From assembly GCA_018062285.1 (NCBI GenBank), contig JAGOSO010000001.1, forward strand, positions 32,773 to 96,772: a stretch of 64,000 bases of DNA, in the 5' to 3' direction. This document shows positions 57,521 to 64,000 of this stretch, piece after piece. The stretch's first letter is position 1; the number at the start of each line of letters is the position of its first letter. The position numbers and the translations under genes are program-made. The notes under the pieces were generated by a model. It had not been told where the DNA came from. It saw only the letters and a list, made by a program, of their open reading frames with translations, and searched no databases. This stretch comes from Minisyncoccota bacterium. Its GTDB lineage: Bacteria; Patescibacteriota; Minisyncoccia; 2-02-FULL-40-12; GWA2-44-9.

Positions 57521-57991
57521 TTATTCGCTTCCGTTAATTTCCTCTTCCGTGAGATCCTTGCCCAGCAAATAGCGGGCGACGGACAAGGCCCAACGGCCGA
57601 TCTGGCCCCTATGTTGGATTCCAATTATATCACCTCTCCAAGAATTGTCAAGACCATTCGTCTTGTACAATCTGGACAGCTGGTTAGCCGCATCAATAAG
57701 AGAATCGTGGACTATTTTACGTGCCCTATCTGCGTTCTCGACGGTGGGTTTATCGGAAAAATTCTTTTTGTGCTTTGAAAGACGGATAACAGCATCAGCG
57801 TAAGCTCCGATCGTTTGGGTCAGGTTTTCTGTCGCCTCTCTAAGCGCCTTATTGCCCTCGGCTTGTTTTTCTAGTTTTAAATAAAGATCAGTCGCCTTTG
57901 TGTCCCTAACGACACTAACGGCCTGCTCTTCATCGGCCTTTCGGTGCCAAAGTTCATCTAAGAATGGCTCTCGTTGTTTTTCTCCTGGCAT
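57521..57991 (-). CDS. hypothetical protein (about 156 aa from M18; track ORF 57521..58042)
   Basis: A TTG/M1 start at 58042 would leave no RBS spacing. TTGACT at 58035-58040 and an A/T-rich -10 suggest a leaderless start at ATG 57991. No recognisable domain. Confidence 0.35.
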   Translation of the reverse strand: MPGEKQREPFLDELWHRKADEEQAVSVVRDTKATDLYLKLEKQAEGNKALREATENLTQTIGAYADAVIRLSKHKKNFSDKPTVENADRARKIVHDSLIDAANQLSRLYKTNGLDNSWRGDIIGIQHRGQIGRWALSVARYLLGKDLTEEEINGSE

Positions 57992-58066
57992 GGATTTAAA
58001 TATTAATAAATACAGTATCTCTTGATTTGCTTGGTGAGTCAATTCTCCTGTATAGTAAGGTCACTT

Positions 58067-58137
58067 CGGGCTGTAGTGTAACGGTAGCACGAGTCCATGG
58101 GGTGGATTTAGTCCGGGTTCAAATCCCGGCAGCCCGA
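58067..58137 (+). tRNA. tRNA-Pro (anticodon GGG)
   Basis: Manual fold: 7-bp acceptor CGGGCUG/CAGCCCG, U8, D-stem GUGU/GCAC, anticodon stem AGUCC/GGAUU with loop AUGGGGU (U33, anticodon GGG, G37), T-arm CGGGU-UCAAAUC-CCCGG, discriminator A. CCA is not encoded. A terminator follows at 58153-58180. Confidence 0.75.
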
Positions 58138-58152
58138 CATTTTATAAACCAA

Positions 58153-58180
58153 TTAAAAACCGTCGAAAGACGGTTTTTAA
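58153..58180 (+). terminator. terminator after tRNA-Pro (AAAAACCGTC-gaaa-GACGGTTTTT)
   Basis: Perfect stem flanked by A and T runs. Confidence 0.6.
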
Positions 58181-58623
58181 CAAGATCCCCGCAAGAGTAA
58201 TAATGACTAGAGTCTTCTAAACTAAGTGGGTTCTCGCACGACGAACTATCGGAATTCGGTTTAAGGAACTCTTCCAAGATCATCAGATAATAAAGATCCC
58301 TATATATTAGTTTGGCTCAAGTTTTACAGGAACAGAGGTCCTCATGCTTAATACAACGTAGGCCGGATGGATATGTTACACCCGCTTCATAAATACTAAA
58401 AAATCGACGCAATACGTCGATTTTTTAGTAGGCCCACCGTCTACAAAAGCATTGATCACATGATACAGGTGGGTCTCCGCAAAGATAATTCTTCGGAACC
58501 AGTAAAGGCTCGCCAGAACTATATGATATGAGAGTCCCTTGAAAATGTTTTGTCTTAAGCTTTTGCAAACAGAGATGACCTACAAGTATTCTACTCCCAA
58601 ACAGAGATCTGCCAAGTGGCTAA

Positions 58624-59094
58624 CTATTCCCCTCGTTCGACATCATGATGGAAGGCCTCGTTTGGTCTTTCATACGAGAATAATTCTTCTGGCTTAAAGT
58701 GAATCGCAATCTCTTTTTCACCAGCTGCTGCATCCTCAGATGAGTGGATTATGTTGCGAGCAATAGACATACTGAAATCACCACGAATGGTTCCTGGCGC
58801 TGCTTGTCGACCATTTGTTGGACCACAGATTGCACGGACCACAGAAGCGGCTTCCATTCCTTCTAAAGCAACAACTAGCACTGGCAACATTTTCATGAAC
58901 TTCTTTGTTGGTTCAAAAAAAGATTTTCCAGCATGAGCAGAGTAGTGCTCATTTAAAGTTTCCTCCGACAAATGGTTCATCTTAAAACCGATGAACTTTA
59001 ATCCCTTCCTCTCGAATCGGTGAATAATTTCACCAACCAAACCCCTCTGAAACGCATCCGGCTTCAAAATAATAAGTGTTCGTTCTGTATTCAT
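58624..59094 (-). CDS. ndk: nucleoside diphosphate kinase
   Basis: 156 aa: LIILKPDAFQRGLVGEIIHRFE...NIIHSS (catalytic His). A TATAAT -10 sits 7 nt before the ATG, so the transcript looks leaderless. Confidence 0.9.
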   Translation of the reverse strand: MNTERTLIILKPDAFQRGLVGEIIHRFERKGLKFIGFKMNHLSEETLNEHYSAHAGKSFFEPTKKFMKMLPVLVVALEGMEAASVVRAICGPTNGRQAAPGTIRGDFSMSIARNIIHSSEDAAAGEKEIAIHFKPEELFSYERPNEAFHHDVERGE

Positions 59095-59177
59095 GTCCTA
59101 GATTATAACTTAAATATTAAAAAACAAAAGGCCCCGACGAGTCGAGACCTTTCTCTTTCCTCGTCGAGGCTTAGTAA

Positions 59178-59402
59178 TTAGCCGTGCCCCACAACCTCAA
59201 CGGCTGGGCGAACTCGGTCGGCAACAACTGCCATCTCTGAATTGTCGCCGGCAACAACTGCCAGATTGCCCAATTTTTCAACGACTTGCAAAGATGGCTT
59301 AGCTCCACCCTTGCGAGCAATTTCGACCCGAAGTCTGCCGTTGGGCAGAAGATGCACGGACACCTGCGAGTGATCGTCTTCCACAATAATTGGTTCTGAC
59401 AC
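59178..59402 (-). CDS. hypothetical small protein (74 aa; GTG start), possible paralog of the 61930..62152 and 14188..14550 products
   Basis: AAGGAGGG RBS 5 nt upstream of the GTG. MSEPIIVEDDHSQVSVHLLPNGRLRVEI aligns with MRVIFEDSQWLIQIDSTGDLSILKKE. Higher-GC segment. Confidence 0.4.
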   Translation of the reverse strand: MSEPIIVEDDHSQVSVHLLPNGRLRVEIARKGGAKPSLQVVEKLGNLAVVAGDNSEMAVVADRVRPAVEVVGHG

Positions 59403-59488
59403 AAAACCCTCCTTATCCTGACAAGAAAGAACCGTCCAACTCGCAAATACTATCACATAAAATCAAAAATCAAAACGAGCAAAAATAT

Positions 59489-60118
59489 TTACCACTGGGC
59501 GGGTTTTTGATTTCGAGCCCATGTTGGGAACATTCTCTTTAATTCTTCTTTGTCGGCTTGGGGGATACTATTGTATACAGCAACCCAAGTCGTTGTGATA
59601 GCCCTCTGGGCAGCAGAAAGACTTATCTTTCCGTTACATACTTCGCGGTGTAAATAATTTACCGTAAGATCTTTTTCTATAAACCCAGGCCTTGGATCAG
59701 CTGGGAATGGCCAGAGATTAGCAATGTCATTACTACCTCCAAGTGTTAGAGGAATATAGTGATCTAATTCATAAGTCCCAAAAGGTGGTGGATAGACAAC
59801 ACCGTATGCTCTATAGATTTTTTTCTTTAGTGAAACCGAAACATCACGCACCGTCTTGGTGTAACCAGAAACACAGATTTTATCAACTGTGACGTCAGAG
59901 AAAATTGCCCCAGGAGTACAGGCAGGATCAGGTAGACTATCCTGAATAACACATTGCGAATTTTTAGTCGGCAACTGAGCAACGAACGGCCCAGTGTCAC
60001 TAAACAAAGCTTGCTGTGTCGAAACAGAGATTGAATCTTTGCCAGAATAAAAACCAGTTAGCCCAGCAATGATAAAGCCAATCACCAACCAAATTGTTCT
60101 AATTTGTTTTGGATCCAT
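59489..60118 (-). CDS. membrane-anchored HNH-family endonuclease
   Basis: Start at MDPKQIRTIWLVIGFIIAGL (TM anchor). HNH signature ELDHYIPLTLGGSNDIANLWP...REVCNGKIS. Its start overlaps the last codons of comEC. Confidence 0.55.
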   Translation of the reverse strand: MDPKQIRTIWLVIGFIIAGLTGFYSGKDSISVSTQQALFSDTGPFVAQLPTKNSQCVIQDSLPDPACTPGAIFSDVTVDKICVSGYTKTVRDVSVSLKKKIYRAYGVVYPPPFGTYELDHYIPLTLGGSNDIANLWPFPADPRPGFIEKDLTVNYLHREVCNGKISLSAAQRAITTTWVAVYNSIPQADKEELKRMFPTWARNQKPAQW

Positions 60119-61679
60119 CTTTCTGTAATTTTTTAACACTCCATATTCCAAAAATAATTAGGGCATACAAACCAATCAAAATAAACGCAGGCATCATTAC
60201 GGTTACGGCCGAGAATGACAAACCGCCAAACCATTTAACAACGCTTAGTTGCCACCAAGATAAAATCCAAGAGATAGTCCCGACAGCCTGACCCAATGAG
60301 CTAGCCACAAAACCAGCAAGGCCAGTCAAAAATCCAAACAACATGGTGTAGGGCATTAATGGCAGGACTAATAGGTTGGCGGGAATAGATACTAAAGAAA
60401 AAGTATGGAAAGTATATGCGAGCAATGGCGCAACCATAATCTGGGCCGAGACAGACATTAAAACTGTTTCTTTTAAGCCCATCCATTCCGGAATCTTTTT
60501 AAATCTTTCTTTGAGAAGCGGACCAACGTACATCAAACCCAGCACAGCCAAGAAAGACAACTGGAAACCGACATCAAATCGTAAAGCCAAAGGATCAATC
60601 AGTACCATGGCCGCACCAGCAAATAAAATTGAATTCTTCGGGTCATACAGTCGACCATAACCATTTGCAAACAATAACAATAATCCCATGACCGCGGCAC
60701 GGACTACTGAAGCGCCAGCTCCAGTCATAATTGTAAAGACAATAATAAAACCAACCGAAACCCAGAAGGCTCGACGGCGGCGCATAAAGAATACCAAGAC
60801 CGCTAATAGGGCTTCGCCGATAATCGTAATGTTGTAACCGGAAATAGCCAGTACGTGAGTTGTGCTAGTTTTATTGAATGCATCAGTTAGCTCGGCTGGA
60901 ATATCCTGCTTTGTGCCCAAGAGCACCCCATTGATGTACGCCGAATACGGAACACCCAAGGAACGACTGACGGAACTTTCGAAACTGTCCTTAATGGCGA
61001 ATATCTTTTTATAAAACCCTATCTTTAGCCCTTGGAACGTCGAAACATGTATCTTTGAATCAAAAATAATTTTAGGGTAGGGGATGGTCGTCCGAATTGA
61101 TTTATTTTTTAAATATTGTACGTAATCAAAATCTGGAGAAAAATTATCAGGCAACATTAAAGCGCCATCAACAGAAATTAAATCTCCGTAATGATAGACG
61201 GGATAAGCTTTTAGAAAAATCAGAGTTAGTTCATTGACTGGAAACTTTCGCCCACCAACTTCCACTTCCGTTGCATGCAAAACTAATTGTGCCTTGTCCC
61301 CGTCCACCGCCATCTCACCATCAACAAATCCTTTTGTTATGACAGGGATCCCTTTATTTTTTTCACCTGTCGAAGGGCTATTGTATTGATGTGTCGCAAA
61401 TTCAGTGAGTGCACTCTCTACCAGATTCGCCTGCCCGTATCTGAACACCCCCAGTGCTAGAACTAAGACACAGGCCCCAATCAAAACTCCCACTCGCCTG
61501 TTCCGCTCTGCTGTCTTGGTATTAACAAAAGTTTTTTCATATGCCGAAACTACAACGATAATTGTGCCTACTAAAATCATGGCCAACACACCTGTGTTTG
61601 ATCCCCCAAACCACGGACCACAAAAAACTCCCACCAAAAACGAGATTAATAAATATCCAAAAACTTGAGCCTTATGCAT
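60099..61679 (-). CDS. comEC: DNA internalisation-related competence protein ComEC/Rec2 (no beta-lactamase domain)
   Basis: 526 aa polytopic membrane protein with an N-terminal DUF4131-like region and the ComEC channel domain (...HVLAISGYNITII...). Confidence 0.75.
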   Translation of the reverse strand: MHKAQVFGYLLISFLVGVFCGPWFGGSNTGVLAMILVGTIIVVVSAYEKTFVNTKTAERNRRVGVLIGACVLVLALGVFRYGQANLVESALTEFATHQYNSPSTGEKNKGIPVITKGFVDGEMAVDGDKAQLVLHATEVEVGGRKFPVNELTLIFLKAYPVYHYGDLISVDGALMLPDNFSPDFDYVQYLKNKSIRTTIPYPKIIFDSKIHVSTFQGLKIGFYKKIFAIKDSFESSVSRSLGVPYSAYINGVLLGTKQDIPAELTDAFNKTSTTHVLAISGYNITIIGEALLAVLVFFMRRRRAFWVSVGFIIVFTIMTGAGASVVRAAVMGLLLLFANGYGRLYDPKNSILFAGAAMVLIDPLALRFDVGFQLSFLAVLGLMYVGPLLKERFKKIPEWMGLKETVLMSVSAQIMVAPLLAYTFHTFSLVSIPANLLVLPLMPYTMLFGFLTGLAGFVASSLGQAVGTISWILSWWQLSVVKWFGGLSFSAVTVMMPAFILIGLYALIIFGIWSVKKLQKDGSKTN

Positions 61680-61875
61680 TGATAAAATGTAACAGGAATT
61701 TATTTAGTTCGCTAGTCGCAAAACCTCACCCCTTTCTCGACCCTCTGGTTCGGAATGAAATAACCCCTTGCCTCCCCGCATAAAATTCTGCTGAATTTTT
61801 GCTTTGATCTCGGCCCGTCGGCCTGCGAACAGTCGGCAATAGGTTATTCCATTCCTCCCCACTATTTTTATTGGA

Positions 61876-61917
61876 ATTAAAAAGGCCCGCCACACGGGTC
61901 GCCGCGTGGCGGGACCT
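61876..61917 (-). terminator. terminator (GGTCCCGCCACGCGGCGACCCGTGTGGCGGGCC plus T5), repeated family
   Basis: Near-identical to the terminator at 13139-13169. Lies downstream of the 61930..62152 gene. Confidence 0.6.
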
Positions 61918-61929
61918 TCGTGCTGCGGG

Positions 61930-62152
61930 CTACATGGTCACCAGAAACCCAGGATTGTGAATGTGGTTGAGGTGTGGGGCCAAGCGACAAGATTCAGCCG
62001 TCACGACCATGCCATCGGTTCGCCGACCATTGATATGAATCTCCGGACCGGGCCGAGTGGTTGTCGCATGATATTCCTTCTTCAGAATCGACAAATCTCC
62101 TGTCGAGTCGATCTGGATAAGCCATTGGCTATCCTCAAAGATCACTCTCATC
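61930..62152 (-). CDS. hypothetical small protein (73 aa), co-transcribed with the SemiSWEET-like gene
   Basis: GGAGAGAAAG RBS directly before the ATG at 62152, 18 nt after the upstream stop. Paralogous N-terminus to the 14188..14550 product. Confidence 0.45.
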
Positions 62153-62170
62153 TTTCTCTCCTTCTGCGCC

Positions 62171-62458
62171 TTAGGCGCGTGGACGATACTTGCGGTAAGC
62201 GATGAGGATGACCAAGGACACAAAGGCGCTGAGGCCCATGCACCACATGAACATGTCATTGTGAGTGAAAAATCCTTCAACGGAAAATGACAGCTGAAGA
62301 ATCATGTACAACCAGAACATGCCGGGGCTGATGGCCGCGACATCCTTGGTACGCACGATCTTGATCAACTGCGGAAGCATCGCCCCCACATTGATCACAC
62401 CAGCGAGCCAGATGAACTGGTGCCAGTGGATCATGAGGGCAAACTCTTCTCTCGTCAT
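62171..62458 (-). CDS. SemiSWEET / PQ-loop family small transporter (3-TM, 95 aa)
   Basis: GAMLPQLIKIVRTKDVAAISPGMFWLYM matches the SemiSWEET PQ motif region (FLPQ...R...TK...IS..M). Three predicted TM helices. Confidence 0.65.
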   Translation of the reverse strand: MTREEFALMIHWHQFIWLAGVINVGAMLPQLIKIVRTKDVAAISPGMFWLYMILQLSFSVEGFFTHNDMFMWCMGLSAFVSLVILIAYRKYRPRA

Positions 62459-62505
62459 TACCTAATCCTTCCTGCGCTTCAACGCCGCTAACTTACGAAT
62501 TTTTT

Positions 62506-62564
62506 GGTTGTTAAAGAAACCAACCTAGCCTATATATTATACTCCTTTTGGTCAAAAAAGTCAA
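62506..62564 (-). promoter_or_regulatory. promoter (TTGACT-N17-TATAAT) plus the same GGTTGGTTTCTTTAACAACC palindromic leader element as at 12392-12411
   Basis: On the minus strand: -35 at 62559-62564, -10 at 62536-62541, palindrome at 62506-62525, followed by AAAAAATTCGTAAG (the other copy has AAAACGTAAG). Confidence 0.55.
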
Positions 62565-62592
62565 ATAGGCCCAGAGGGCCTATTTGATAGAA
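62565..62592 (-). terminator. terminator hairpin (AATAGGCCC-tct-GGGCCTATT plus T-run) overlapping the downstream -35
   Basis: Follows the structured element downstream of nrdJ. Confidence 0.5.
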
Positions 62593-62608
62593 AAACAGTG
62601 AGAATTTG

Positions 62609-62700
62609 AGCTTTAGTCTTAGCCGACCGTCGCAGGCGGGTAGCCGAGGGCAGAGCGGAAAAGTCAGCAGACTTTTAACGCGGGTCGGCGGGACTAAAGC
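62609..62700 (-). ncRNA. candidate structured RNA element immediately downstream of nrdJ
   Basis: 10-bp outer stem AGCUUUAGUC/GACUAAAGCU encloses inner stems CCGCCGACC/GGUCGGCGG-like and AAAAGUC-agcag-GACUUUU. No ORF. Confidence 0.25.
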
Positions 62701-62710
62701 TTAAATTCAA

Positions 62711-64000
62711 CTAGTTGCAGACTCCTGTGGTCGCAAAACAATTAGGGCAACTGAAGCAGGCGCCGGCACGGACCATGAGGGTACCACACTGACAGATTGG
62801 GGCGTCAGCTTGAGAACGAGTGGTCATGCCTGGTTGGTGACGTTCTGGGGCCTCTGCTGAACGAACTGGGGCACGTTCTGGGGTAGCAGTTGGAGCGTCA
62901 GCAACAAGACTAGAGAGCAACGAATCGGTTTGATTTTTTACTTCCATAACGCGCTCGGTGAAATCAGGGCCAAAAGTAGCATCAGGGCCAAACAACTCTT
63001 CTCTATCTTCACGTGACAAGTATTTCATCCCTAGATAGCGGAAGACGTAATCAACAATTGATTTAGCTGTTGGAATTTCCGTGTTCGACGTAAAACCAGA
63101 TGGGTCAAAGCGCATATCTTTAAACTTCTTAACCAAGACCTTGAGCGGTACACCGGATTGAAGACAAATAGAAATAAGGGTGGCGATAGTATCGAGCAAT
63201 CCCGAGAAAGTACTTCCCTCTTTGGCCACAGTAATAAATGTCTCCCCCGGTTTCATGGTGTCCGGATAGAAACCAACGTTGAGGTAACCTTTGTGTCCAC
63301 CAACATCAAACTTGTGGGTAATTGATGGGCGCTCATCTGGGAGTTTGCGACGAATATACCCATTACTTTTTTCGATAAGTGGATCGACACCTACTTTAGC
63401 TTTTACTTCTTCAGTGGTGTCAGAGTCTTTCTTCGTGTTTAAAGGCTGGATTGTTTTGCATCCGTCGCGGTACAAAGCAATAGCTTTCAAACCAAGTTTC
63501 CAACCTTGGATAAATACGTCTCGAACATCTTCGACAGTGGCTTCCGTTGGCAAGTTGATTGTTTTAGAAATAGCACCTGAAATAAATGGCTGAACAGCGG
63601 CCATCATGTTTAAGTGGCCCATGTGACTGATGCTGCGAGTACCATTGGCAGCCTTGAAAGCACAGTCAAAAACAGGCAAATCTTTTTCTTTAAGGTGTGG
63701 GGCACCTTCAATAGTATCCTGTTCAGTGATGTGAGCAATGATGTCTTCTGTTTCTTGGTTGGAATAACCCAATCGACGCAAAGCCATTGGGACCTGATTA
63801 TTCACGAGCTTCAAAACACCACCACCAACAAGCTTTTTGTATTTGACCAGAGCGATATCAGGTTCAACACCAGTGGTCTGACAATCCATCAAGAAAGCGA
63901 TTGTTCCCGTTGGGGCCAAGACGCTAATTTGAGAATTGCGAACACCATATTTTTCAGCGAGTTCCAAGGTTTCGTGCCAGACTTGGCGAGAAGCGTTCAA
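62711..64000 (-). CDS. nrdJ: class II (adenosylcobalamin-dependent) ribonucleotide reductase NrdJ, C-terminal part (N-terminus beyond window end)
   Basis: Active-site and C-terminal segments characteristic of NrdJ: ...LAPTGTIAF..., ...ISHMGHLNMMAAVQPFISGAISKTINLP..., and a C-terminal Cys cluster CQCGTLMVRAGACFSCPNCF. The ORF continues past 64000. Confidence 0.8.
   Translation of the reverse strand: MNASRQVWHETLELAEKYGVRNSQISVLAPTGTIAFLMDCQTTGVEPDIALVKYKKLVGGGVLKLVNNQVPMALRRLGYSNQETEDIIAHITEQDTIEGAPHLKEKDLPVFDCAFKAANGTRSISHMGHLNMMAAVQPFISGAISKTINLPTEATVEDVRDVFIQGWKLGLKAIALYRDGCKTIQPLNTKKDSDTTEEVKAKVGVDPLIEKSNGYIRRKLPDERPSITHKFDVGGHKGYLNVGFYPDTMKPGETFITVAKEGSTFSGLLDTIATLISICLQSGVPLKVLVKKFKDMRFDPSGFTSNTEIPTAKSIVDYVFRYLGMKYLSREDREELFGPDATFGPDFTERVMEVKNQTDSLLSSLVADAPTATPERAPVRSAEAPERHQPGMTTRSQADAPICQCGTLMVRAGACFSCPNCFATTGVCN

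Overview
This 64 kb window looks like a small-genome, CPR/Patescibacteria-like bacterium. Supporting signs: S10-spc ribosomal cluster with no L30 between S5 and L15; a 23S-5S rRNA unit with no 16S or tRNA; several r-proteins with low-complexity extensions; many leaderless or near-leaderless promoters; almost all genes on the minus strand. Core content, left to right: a partial GNAT gene, nadD, ychF, the rpsF-ssb-rpsR operon, recA, ftsK, rpoC-rpoB, an FtsW/RodA SEDS gene, 5S and 23S rRNA, a sortase cell-surface locus, map-adk-secY and the spc/S10 r-protein genes, tuf, fusA-rpsG-rpsL, an M50 protease, rpmB, tRNA-Pro(GGG), ndk, an HNH nuclease, comEC, and partial nrdJ. Most interesting accessory content, in order of interest: (1) Positions 628-7811 form an island controlled by a Nudix-type NrtR regulator, with four GT-N7-AC palindromic operators. 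Its regulon includes nadD, two paralogous PncA-like amidohydrolases, and, co-transcribed with one of them, a complete TerY-P-like triad (vWA, PP2C phosphatase, Ser/Thr kinase). (2) Several higher-GC cassettes of small genes sit next to recA, ftsK, comEC and nrdJ. Each has a consensus sigma-70 promoter and a near-identical terminator copy, there are paralogous small proteins, and two cassettes share a 20-bp palindromic leader element. (3) A two-gene insertion (membrane protein plus Phd/YefM-like protein) splits the conserved fusA-tuf junction. Other points: a GC-rich candidate sRNA, a 260-nt structured spacer between rpsJ and rplC, and a sortase/LPXTG-like surface protein locus with a long (TP)n repeat.
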